The notes below the pieces were generated by a model. The model did not search any database, was not told the origin of the DNA, and saw nothing but the letters and a program-made list of their open reading frames with translations. The position numbers were made by a program, and so were the translations under genes. A stretch of DNA of 64,000 nt from Camelus dromedarius (taxonomy: Eukaryota): positions 51,710,001 to 51,774,000 of the forward strand of contig NC_087447.1 in the NCBI RefSeq assembly GCF_036321535.1. Reading direction: 5' to 3'. This document shows positions 24,391-36,110 of this stretch, in pieces. The number at the start of each line of letters is the position of its first letter. Positions within the stretch are counted from its first letter, which is position 1.

Positions 24391-24835
24391 TGCATCAGTC
24401 AGGATTCTACCAGAGAAACAAAACCTTTTGGACAAGAAAAAATATATATATATGTATAGAAAGAGAGAGAGAAAGAAAGAAAAGGGCAGATTGGTTGCAA
24501 GTAGGCCTTTGAGATTGTGGGGACTGGCTAGGCAAGTCTGGAATTTGCAGGACAGGCCAGCAGGCTGGAAACTTTCAGATAGTAGCTGAAGCAGCAATAC
24601 AATGGTGAATTTCTTCCTCCTCCAGAAAACCTCATTTTTTGGCTCTTAAGGCCTTTTTAACTGATTGGATTAAGCCTATCCAGATTGTCGAGGATAACCT
24701 CCTTTAACTAAAGGTCAACTGGTTGTTGACCACATCTACAAAATATCTTGATAACACTTAGGTTTGGTTTAGTGTTTAATTAAATAACTGGATACTATAG
24801 TCTAGCCAAGTTGACACATAAAATTAACCATCACA
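24391..24835 (-). mobile_element. MLT2 (ERVL) solo LTR inserted in a MIR
   Basis: TGCATCAGTCAGGATTCTACCAGAGAAACA...GTTGACACATAAAATTAACCATCACA with a perfect 5-bp TSD GGAAG. Confidence 0.88.
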
Positions 24836-27800
24836 GGAAGTTATTTAATTTCTTTAAATCTTTTGTTTCCTCAGTTATAAAAATTGAGATACTGATCCTT
24901 ACTTATATCATAAAATAAAAATATATGTAAAGCAGAACTTTACATAAAAAACAGAGCATATTGCCTGACATGGTAGTAGCTCCGTTTATGGGGAAAATGA
25001 GGAGGTCTTTGTAACAGTCTGGAAGAGAAGGGTTTGGTCTGGGTAAGAAAATTTTTTTTCCAACATGAATACTTTTTAAATAAAAATAATCAAACCAGGG
25101 GAAAAACAAAATCAAACCAGTTCAAATTGATAGTCACTGAAAAGTTAGTCTCCCTTCTACTCCAGAATCTCAGGCCTTTTATTCAGAAGTAATCATTGTT
25201 GATGATTTCCTACCATCTTTCCAGAATTTTGTTTTATATGTGCGCACACACACAGCTGTTTTCACATCCAGCTTCCTCCACCCTGCCCCTGGAATCTTGC
25301 TGTTTTAATTAAACAGTACATCTTGGAGAATGTTTTATTTAGGCACATAAAAATCTTTTTAAAAAATGGCTGCAAAGTGTTCCATTGTATGGTTTAACGA
25401 TACTTATTTATTTAGTAAGTTCCAGCTGAGGTCATTCAGATTACTAACATTTTTTGCTGTAATAAATAAGAGTAAACATCTTGTGTGTATATCTTTGCAT
25501 AATGTACAAAAGTGTAATGTAAGATAAACTTCTTGAACTGGAAATGCTGTGTTAAAGGGTTTGCACATTTGAAATGTCGATAAATAGTATCAACTTATCC
25601 TTCAAAGAGATCGCATTAGTTTACACCCCACCAATATATGTATAAGGGTGCTTGTTTCCCTACCCTCTTGTCAGCACTGCCACCCTAGATTTAAACTTAC
25701 TTTTTTTCCTTTAAAGTACCAAAATGCACATTTAAAAGAACAGGCATCATAATGATCCCTTCTCTGGGCAAGAATTCCAGTTTTGTTTGGGTTTTATCTT
25801 TGTGGTAGCAGAGCTGGACCATCTGCCCTGTCCTGTGTTCTCAGCTCTGAAGGGTTGGGGCAGATGACCTGAGCACAGAATAGCGCCAGGTCACCAGGCA
25901 AAAGGGCAGGCCAGACCCGGGCCTGTGTCCTGCCTGAAGATGGAAATGCAAACAAGCCTAGTTCTATAATAGAACACAGAGCCATTGTCGGGAAACCACA
26001 GATTGCTGACTTGCTCTGCAAACAATCAATACTCAGAAGCTGAGTCCAGGAATTCTAAAGCTGTACCCTGCATGAAGGGCTGAGTGGGGGGAGGACACTC
26101 TTATAGAAAAGAACCCAGCAACAGAGCTCCTAGTGGTGCTTCCTAGAGAACCACCAAGAAGGCCCTTTGTCCCCTTTGCTGCTCCCTCTAATGATCCCAG
26201 AACCCTAGGCTGCCAGGCCTGGAGTGGATCAGGAAATTATTGTATGCTAGGAGAGTTCAGGTACAAAGCCAGGGCAGTTGCAAGAAGTATGTGCTCACTT
26301 TCAGTGGGACAGTGCAGTGCAGTTGTTAGTGACCATACCTGGGCTCAAATTCTGACTCAGTCACTTACCAGCTTTCTGACCGTGGGCATGGCTTTTCACC
26401 TCGCTCAGCCTCAGTTTTTTCATCTATAGAATGGAGATAACACTTATCTCAGAAAGACATTGTGAGGATTCAATTGATTAATTATGTTTGCAAATAACAA
26501 TATGATGCCTGGCTCTTTGTAAGGGCTTAATGAATTATTCTTATTATTGCTGTTATTAATAACAGTGGGAGCTTGGTGATGGGACTAAGGAAAGCTTCCT
26601 GGAAGAGGGGCCATTTGAGCTAGATCCTAAAGATTTGGGAAGATTTGGCATATTGGAATGAATGAAGTTCACGTGTAAAGACTCTCTTATAGCTTCCTGG
26701 GCCTGACTCAGAGATGTCCAGGGGCTTCAGTGGTAAGTCAACATGAAGAGGAGGGCAGGGTACAGACAGGGAACAATCCTGCTCTAGAACATGCCCAGTA
26801 GTCCTGCAACTGGATAGATGGGTCCAGGGGCCAAAGTGTAGATTGAATGGGCTGTACAGTGGACTGGCTTCTGGTGTCCAAATGAAGCATGGGGCTGGGC
26901 AGAGTTGTAGGAGTCTCTGCAGAGGGTAGTGACAAAGGAATAAGCTCTGGACATCCTCCAGTGAGCTCAGTGAGGTATATTTTGATCCAGCTGTCTGTGT
27001 CTCAAATATCTCATCTTTCATTGCAACGTGACACAATCTTCTCCCATTGTCCAACTCCCAGCTTTTCATTGCTATGACAACTCACATCTCATTATATGTA
27101 CCTTGTAAGGAGAATGAAGACTGGGGCTTGCTAGTGCTTCCCCTGCCCCAGCCCTTTTGGAGATGATTGTTATTCATCTTCTCCCATGAGCTTTGGCATT
27201 TATACCCCTTCCTGTGAAGTTCATGAACACTGAGAGTTCCCAGATGGATCCAGGCTGCATCAGACATCATGGGAAGAGTGAGGGTCTTTCTCTATCAGAC
27301 AAACATGATTACATAAATCCTGAATGTAAGATAGGAGACAGATGAGGACCAATAGGAGATTCCCAGTTATCTGCCTATTTAATACTTTGGAAAGTGAAGG
27401 CAACAGAGGCTGTAACTGCCAAATGCCAGATTTGCCAGAAGAGCTTGGGCTCCTTAGGCATCACTTCGGTGAGGAGTGTCAAAGAGCCTTCCCAATTCCT
27501 ATTGAAAGTACCTCACCTGCAAGGCCCATAATATAGCAGGTAGCAAGGAACATCTTTGTTCCAGGGAAGTTGTCCCTGTGAACAACTTCATAGGGACCTC
27601 AACCTGCAACTGTGTAGATGTATCCAGGGGCCAGAGTGTGGACAGAGGGACCGACAGAGCTGGGCAGTTTTCTAGACCCAAGCAAGGAATCTGGGGTTCA
27701 GGACAAAGCTTGGGGTTCAGGACAAAGCTTGGGGTTCAGGCCCCTGGCAGGAGAACGGAGCCAAACCAGAGGCAAGGGGAAAGCTGGAGCATCATAGGTC

Positions 27801-27860
27801 CTCATAGGCTCACTGGTTCCCAGGCTCAGGGCAGCAAGACTAGTTTCAGAAAGGGGATCT

Positions 27861-28589
27861 TTTTTTTTTTTTTAACATTTTTTATTGATTTATAATCATT
27901 TTACAATGTTGTGTCAAATTCCAGTGTTCAGCACAATTTTTCAGTCATTCATGGACATATACACACTCATTGTCACATTTTTTTCTCTGTGAGTTATCAT
28001 AACATTTTGTGTATATTTCCCTGTGCTATACAGTGTAGTCTATTCTACAATTTTGAAATCCCAGTCTATCCCTTCCCACCCTCCACCACCCTGGTAACCG
28101 CAAGTCTGTATTCTCTGTCTGTGAGTCTATTTCTGTCCTTTATTTATGCTTTGTTTTTGTTTGTTTTTGTTTTTGTTTTTTAGATTCCACATATGAGTGA
28201 TCTCATATGGTATTTTTCTTTCTCTTTCTGGCTTACTTCACTTAGAATGACATTCTCCAGGAGCATCCATGTTGCTGCAAATGGCATTATGTTGTCGGTT
28301 TTTATGGCTGAGTAGTATTCCATTGTATAAATATACCACTTCTTCTTTATCCAGTCACCTGTTGATGGACATTTAGGCTGTTTCCATGTTTTGGCTATTG
28401 TAAATAGTGCTGCTATGAACATTGGGATGCAGGTGTCATCCTGAAGTAGATTTCCTTCTGGATACAAGCCCAGGAGTGGGATTCCTGGGTCATATGGTAA
28501 GTCTATTCCTAGTCTTTTGAGGAATCTCCACACTGTTTTCCATAGTGGCTGCACCAAACTGCATTCCCACCAGCAGTGTAGGAGGGTTC
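27861..28589 (-). mobile_element. Young 5'-truncated L1
   Basis: Open ORF2 C-terminus ([10 protein letters not shown]...QPLWKTVW...YHMRSLICGI), 3'UTR and polyA. 14-bp TSD CAGAAA(G/A)GGGATCT at 27847-27860 and 28590-28603. Confidence 0.92.
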
Positions 28590-28675
28590 CAGAAAAGGGA
28601 TCTTGATACATTGCTTGGCTTGGTGTAATGAAACAATCCCCTGTTTTTATATTCAGTTTCTCTTTTACAGATAAG

Positions 28676-29160
28676 GTGCAAGTGTTTGTTTTGATTAGGT
28701 TTGACTACAAGTGAAAAGAAACAAACAGTGGCTTAAATAAGGTTGAAGTTCTCTCTCTTATAGAATTGTAGAGATTCTCTGTTCCAGCATTCCATGATGT
28801 CAGTGACCCAGGCTCCTTCTCTGTTGTGGCTCCACTGTCCTCAGCATGTGGCCTTTATGTCATGATCCATGATGGCTGCTCCTGTCACGTGTCTGCCATT
28901 CTAGCCAGCATAAAGAAGGAAGGGACAAAGAGGGACACACTCCCTCACTTTAGAGACATGTCCCAGAAGTTACCCACACCACTTCTCTTCACATCCTGTT
29001 GATTAGATTTTAGTTCTATGACCATACTTGGCTGCAAGGGAGGCTGGGAAATACGGTCTTTCTTCTGGGTGGACAAGTTCCTGGGTAAAATTCATGAGTT
29101 CCTATCACAAAAGAATAAGGGAAAATGGATGCTGAGGGACAACCAGCAGCCTCTGCTACA
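28676..29160 (-). mobile_element. Old MLT1J/K-type LTR
   Basis: Motifs AACAGTGGCTTAAATAAG, GACCCAGGCTCCTTC and GCTGCAAGGGAGGCTGGGAAAT, ending ...CCTCTGCTACA. Confidence 0.7.
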
Positions 29161-31935
29161 ATCAGTTTATCATCACTTTTCCTAAGGGACTTGACACCCT
29201 GAAGCCAGAGGGTATAGTCATGTTCTCGTGGGCAGACAAGTCTCTCCTTTAAGGGGATGATTCTTAGTGACTATTGGGAGAGAAAGGTTAAGTACAAGAG
29301 AGAAAATCAATGTGAAAGATACGCCTGAGACAGGCAAGTGAAAGCCCAGCTGTCTCTCTGGGTCTCTGGGGGCTGGGACTCAGAGCGGTCTACATAGGCT
29401 GAACAGGACTTCTGCATAGGGTGGAAAATGGGCTCAGATACACAGAAAGAGGCCTCCCGTGGGGTGAAGAGAAGTAGACCTGACATCTGAAGGCGATCAT
29501 ATTTTTAGCGTTTATTCCTATTTTGCTGTCCCCTGAGCCCTAGGGAAAGTCTTGTCAACTGCCTGTGTCTGGTCCCAGCTGTGCCATGTGGAATTATAAG
29601 ATGGGGTATCTGTCCACATGTGAATACAGGTTCCATCAGGGCAGGCCCCTTTCCTATTAGGTAATGGCTGCATGATGATGAAAGGCACATACCAGCATGG
29701 ATTGCTTCTACTACATTAAACTGCAGCTTCCCTCCCTCAACACTGCCTGGCAGCCATTCTCTGTAGCAGTGACTTAGAGGCAGGGTATGTCTCTGGTTTA
29801 GCTCTGAATCCTCAGCGCCAGACACACAGGAAATACTCAGCCATTGAACTGAATGAACGTAACACACAAAACCCTTCATAGTCGGGTTCCAGAGTATATT
29901 TTAGTCTGTTCCCTTAGCCTAGACTCTAATTAGTCTTTAGTCTTGACTAGTAATAATAACAATATTGATAATTATCATCCATTGAGTGTATAACAGGTGC
30001 CAGGCATTTTTCTAAGCATTTTACGTGCATTGATTTATCTAATCCTTACAGAACCTTATCAGATGAATATAATTGTTATCCCCAGTTGTCTGATGAGGAA
30101 ATTAGGCTTGGAGGGGTGAAATGCCTTGCTGAAGGTCATGTAGCCAGCAAATGGTAGAGCCAGGACTTGAAGCCAGGCAGTCTGCCCAGACCCTCAGCCG
30201 TTCCCAGCCACCCCCTTTCTGGTGCCTCTGTTTCAGAGGCAGCCTTGCTCTTCCCAGTCTCAGAGCCTGAGCTCTACTGGAATGCCTTTCCCCAATTTCT
30301 AGCTCGAGCAAAATCTACTTGTCCTTTAAAGTACTGCTCAGATTTTGTCCCTGACGCCACTTGCCTCTCCAACCAGGGAGGGAGGCTTCCTCTCTCTCCT
30401 TTTTTGCCCCCTTCTCTGGTTGCTCCCTTCCCTGGCTTGGAAGCTCTCCTGAAACAGGGACCACATCTAAGGCTTTGGTATCCCCAACCCTCAACATAGT
30501 ACCTGTATGTAGAAGGTCCTTCGTTCATGTTTGTTGAATAAGTTACTGACCCCATTCTTCCACACATGAGGAAAGAAGTCCAGAGGGGCAGAGAGACCTG
30601 CCTACATTGCAAATCAAGTGAAAGAAAGAGCTAAGGCCAGACCCCGAGACTCCTGATTCTCAGGCCTACTCTCTTGTACACTGACCACTCTGTCTGTGCG
30701 TGAACCACTTGTAAAAGCCTTCATGCATCTTTGAGCCTTTCTCAGTTCTGTCTTACATCTCACCCCAAAGAGGACTTCTTTGAGAATGCTGGTGGGAGAG
30801 TGAGTTTTGGCAAGTCTTGTCTGGGAGTCATGAGGCAACAGGGAAAAACAAACAACCTTGGGATGTATTTTGCTGACCCAGTCCTCAAAAACAGTGGAAC
30901 AAAAACATGCCAAACTCAAGCTGGGGCCTCTGGCCAGCAGGGCACTGAGTCAATTCAGATAGAATTCACTAAATGGATCTTCTTCCCTTTTATTAAAATG
31001 GTAAAGCTTTTGGAGAGGAAACATTTTCCTGTTTGTCTGGATTTTCTTTAAGGCAAAACAAAAAATATTGAAAATTTCACAAGGTCCTAGATATTTCCAA
31101 ACATAAACAAGCTCTGGCACATCCTTTCTTCCCCCATCTCACTGCCAAATGAGTCCACTGTGTCCCAAAACACGAAACTCCTCCACCCCCTTGTCAGAAG
31201 AGGCTGGAGAAAGAGCTGATAACTTATGAATCACAGTTGGAAAAATCAAAGAAATTATTAAGGAAACATTACAGTTAGTTTTATTAGCTCTCAGTGCCAA
31301 TTATCCATACAGATGGTAACATGGTAGTGGTGAGACCACAGGCTTTTGAGACAGCAGATAAGGGTAGGAATCCTGGTCCTACCAAATAACAGCTGTGTGA
31401 CTTTGAGCAAGTTAATCACCCTCTCTGAACCTCATTTTCATTATCTGTAAAACTGGCTTTGTTACCTATTGCATAGCGGTGTTGTAAGGACTGAATCAGC
31501 TAATGTAAGTACATTGCCCAGCATCATGCCTGATACATAATGAGTGCTTAATTGATATTAGCTATTATTACTTGCACAAGATGTCCTTTATGGCTAAAAT
31601 GCCCTTCCTTGCTTTGTCTGCCTAGGATACTTCTACTCATCCTTCAGTACCCATCATATGCGGTCCCCCTTGGTGAGGCATCTTTGACTATCCCTTGTTT
31701 CCTCTCTGACATGGTCCCTAGTTCTCTCAGCTCTCCCTCAACCCCTCTTACCTTTGCCTTTCTAACATAGCAGCGATATCACTATGTAGAAATCCTTGCC
31801 TGTCTTCCCCAATGGACAATGTCAGTCAGGAGGACAGGGTCAGGTCTGTGCCCTTAGGCCTAACAGTGCCTGGCCCACAGGGATCTTAGGAAATAGCATC
31901 TACATTCTTACATTAGAAACACTAGGAGGTTGGGA

Positions 31936-34553
31936 GGTGAAGGATGGCCAAGATGGAGTTGTAGGAAGATCCTGAGCTCACCTGCCCCCATAGGCACACC
32001 AAAAGTACAACTTCTTACAGAGCAACTATTGATAAGAAAGACCAGAAGATTAGCAGAAAAGATCTTCTACAACTAAAGATATAAACAATCACAATGAGAC
32101 AGGTAGGAGGGGTGGAAATGCAGGATAGTCAAGACCCATATCCCTGTGTGGGTGACCCACAAATGGAAGGGTGATTACAATTGCAGAGGTTCTTTCCAAG
32201 GGCTGAGGGGTCCAAGCCCCACAGTGGGCTCCCCAGCCCACGGTTCTTGCACCAGGAAGAATGTTTGTCTTCAAAGGCCAGCAGGGCTTACTTTTGGGAG
32301 AGCCAGAAGGCTCTGAGAAATAGAGACTATGCTCTTAAAGGATATACACAAAATCTCACACACTCTGGGACCCAGGGCATGAGCAGGAATTTGAAAGGAG
32401 CCTGAAGACCCACTTTCCAATCTTAGAGAGCCTCCTAGAGAGTCAGAAGGCAACTGGAGCTCACCCTGGGGATGCAGACCCTTGTAGCAGCTATTTTTGG
32501 GAGCTTGTTCTACTACGAGAGCACTGGTTCTGGCAAGTGCCATTTTGGAATCCTCTCTCTATTTTATTAGCACAGACCCACCTCACAAGCCAGCAGGCCA
32601 GCACCAGCCCTGTGTCCCTCTGACCCCTGGCCCCACCTACCAGAGGACTGGCACAAGCTACGAGACACCCAAGACCCTGAGCCAGTTGTATCAGGGACCC
32701 CCAGGGCCCTGCAGCCAGAGACCTCTGGCACGTGGCTCTGCCCACCAGTGGGCAGGCATTAGCCCCTGGGTTCCCCTGGCACTGGCCCTACTGATCAGCA
32801 AGCTGACACCAGCTTTGAGACACCTTGGACCCCTAGCTAGCCACTCCAGGATACAGCCCCTTCACCAGTAGGCCATCAGCAGCTTTGGGACACCCCAGTC
32901 CCAGTAACCAGTCATGTAAGGAAACAGACCCACACAGTAGGGGGCCAGCAGTAGCCCTGGACCACTTCCCCACCCCACCAGGACTCTGCAGCCAACTGTC
33001 TCTTGACCTGGTCCCACCAACCAGTGGCTGCTAGCCTCCACACAAGTCAAGGCATGGCAGCCAACCACACCACAGGGTAGCAATGCCTACCAGACCGCCC
33101 TCAGTAGTTAGCTCACCACAACAGAAGGAACCATGCTGTTCACATAGAGGGCACTCCTAGAGCACATGGCTCTAATGACGAAAGGGGAATGTGTTGCCGG
33201 GACACATGGGACATCTACAAAAGTCCACTTCTCCAAGGTTGTGAAATGTAACCAACTTACCAAATACATAAAAATAAAAGCAACAGATTAGGCAAAATGA
33301 GATGACAGAGGGATATGTTCCTAATGAAGGAACAAGATAAAACCCCAGGAGAACTAAGTGAATTGGAGGTAGGCAATGTACCCAATAAAGAGTTCAAGGT
33401 AATGATTTTAAAGATGTCCAGAGAACTTGGGAGAAGACTGAACTGTGAGAAGAAGTTTTTAATAAAGAGTTAATATAAAGAGAAAATATAAAGAAGAACC
33501 AAACAGAGATGAAGAATGTAATAACTGAAATGAAAAATACATTAGAAGGAATCAACAATAGATGATAACAGAGGAATGGAACAGCAAGCTGTAAGCGTAG
33601 TGGAAATCACTCAAGCTGAACCGAGAAAAGAAAAAAAAATAGTAAGAAATGAGGATAGTTTAAGAGACCTCTGGGACAACATCAGGCATATTAATATTTG
33701 CATTATAGGGGTTCAAGAAGGAGAAGAGAGAGAGAAAGTGCCTGAGAAAATATTTGAACACATAATAGCTGAAAACTTCCCCTAACTTGGGAAAGAAAAC
33801 AGACATCCAGGTCCAGGAAGCACAGAGTCCCAAACAAGATCAACCCAAAAAGGACCACACCAAGACATGTATTTAAAATGGCAGAAATTAAAGATAAAAA
33901 GAGAATATCAAAAGCTGCCGGAGGGTGGGGGAGGAAAGAAATAGGTGAGGAGAGATTAAGAAATACAAACTTTCAGTTGCAAAATAAATGAGTCAGGAGT
34001 ATGAAATGTACACTGTGGGGAAATACAGTCAATAACTACATAGTATCTTTCTTTGGTGATATTGTAACTATGCTTATTGTGGTGATCATTTTGAAATGTA
34101 TAGAAATATCAAATCACTATGTTGTATACCAGGATATGACGTTGTAGATCAATTATACTTCAACAACAAAAAAACTCATGGAAAAAGAGATCATATTTGT
34201 GGTTACCAGAGGCAGGGGTTGGGGGCAGGGGAATGGATGAAGGCAGTCAAAAGATATAAACTTCCAGTTGTAAGATAAAGGAGTACTAGGGATGTAAGGT
34301 ACAATATAATAAATATAATTAACAGTGCTGTATGATATATATGAATGTTGTTAACAGAGTAAATCCTAGGAGTTCTCATCATACAGAAAATTTTTTTCTA
34401 TTTCTTTAATTTTGTATATCTATATGAGATGATGGATGTTTACTAAACTCACTATGATAATCACTTCATGATGTACTTAAGTCATAATGCTGTACACCTT
34501 AAACTTATACAGTGCTGTATGTCAATTACATCAATAAAACTGGAAGAAAAAGA
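31936..34553 (+). mobile_element. Internally deleted L1 (5'UTR, partial ORF1, 3'UTR; no ORF2)
   Basis: CAAGATGG L1 start, then ORF1 remnant NEDSLRDLWDNIRHINICIIGVQEGEER...IIAENFP. Jumps to 3'UTR at ~33918. Flanking 12-bp direct repeat AGGAGGTTGGGA. Confidence 0.85.
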
Positions 34554-35379
34554 AGGAGGTTGGGAAAAGGGGAGCCTTGCAGGTCTGGGGTACTGCATAG
34601 CATCAAGAAGCAGCAGTCATATTGAATTCTATTATTTTGTGCGAATAGAGTCTCCGGGTGTTGTGTGACTTGGTAGCTCTGGGCTTCTGCATCAGAAAGA
34701 CTTGGTCTAAGATGTTAGCTCTGCCACTTTCTGGTTGCATTCCCTTGGGCTGTTTAATCTACGTGGCCTCAGTGTCTTCACTTGTAAATGAATGTTATGA
34801 TACTGACCGCTCAGATTGTCGTTAAGATTAAATGAGATGATAGAGGTAGCGCTCCTGATAGTGCGGTGGTCAGTAGTAGTTGTTACTTGGAACTGGATTT
34901 TTCATGACAAGATCCACACCAGGGTTGAGCATCAGACTGTGTTTGCTTTATGGTGTAATTCCAAGGCAGTGTGAAGAGGCAGGAAGAACAATGCTCTAGG
35001 AGACAAGGCCCTTGGGAACAAGGGGTGTGGGGGGTTTGTGTGTGTGTGTGTGTCTCTTTTCTGTTCTCAACCCCACCTCTGTGGTCCACCTTCTCCTCTC
35101 TGCCTCAAGCCTGTCTCAGTTTTACATACCACACTCAGCTGGCGGAATCTGAGATGGAGGAGCCGCCACGAGCTCACTTAGCCTGGCCAGACTGCCTGGG
35201 GACCGAGAAGCAGAAGCTGACTCAGACAGTGGCCTTGTATTGGGCTGGAGCCATGAGGCCTTCTCTGTGGTGGAGGTGGTGATTATGGAGCATCAGTTAT
35301 GGAGCTGACTGCCTCAGTGCTAAATCCTCCTTCAGCCTCTTTCCAGCTGTTTTACTTCTCTGTGCCTCAGCTTCTTCAC

Positions 35380-36110
35380 TGCACTAGTCAGCTAGGGCTG
35401 CCCTAACAAAGTACCACAGACTGGGCGGCTTAAACAACATAAATTAATTTTTCTCATAATTTTGGAGGTTAGAAGTCCAAAATCAAGGCATCAATACGGT
35501 TGGATTCTTCTGAGACTTCCCTCCTTGGCTTGCAGGTGGCCAACTCCTCCCTGTGTCTTCATGTGGTCTTCCCTCATATGTCTGTCTCTGTCCATATTTC
35601 CATTTCTTTAAAGAACACCAGTGAAGTAAGTCATTCTGAGAAAGATAAATATTATATGATATCAGTTATATGTGGAATCTAAGAAATAATACAAATTCAT
35701 AGACATAGAAAACAAATTTATGGTTACCAAAGGGGAAAGGGACAGGGTGAGGGATAAATTTAGGAATATGGGATTAACAGATACAAATTATGTTACATAA
35801 AATAGATAAGTGATAAGGGTTTACTGTATAGCATATATGATATATTCAATATCTTATAGCAACCTATAATGAAAAATAATCTGAAAAATATATATAACTG
35901 AATCACTTTGCTGTAAACTTGAAACTAACGCAATATTGTAAATAAACTATATTTCAATTAAAAGTCACATAGCATTAGGGCCCACCCTAGTGACCTCTTT
36001 TAACTTAATTACCTCTTTAAAGTCTCTCCAAATACAGCTACATTCTGAGGTACTGGGGGTTATAACTTCTGCATATGAATTTTGGGGGAATACGGTTTAT
36101 CCCATGGCAC
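35380..36110. mobile_element. MLT1A LTR (minus) interrupted by an L1 3' fragment (plus, ~35620-35963)
   Basis: MLT1A motifs GGGCTGCCCTAACAAAGTACCACAGACTGGG and ATTAGGGCCCACCCTA. L1 GAAGTAAGTC...TGTGGAATCTAA and 3'UTR lie between them. Confidence 0.8.

Noticed and set aside
27543..27650. Bona fide EGF-domain exon (selectin-like)
   Set aside because: It needs two Cys restored and a frameshift shared by both repeat copies, and has no convincing splice sites. Kept only as an unexplained repeat.
32089..33083. ORFs of 61-124 aa as genes
   Set aside because: They fall in the GC-rich, internally repetitive L1 5'UTR.
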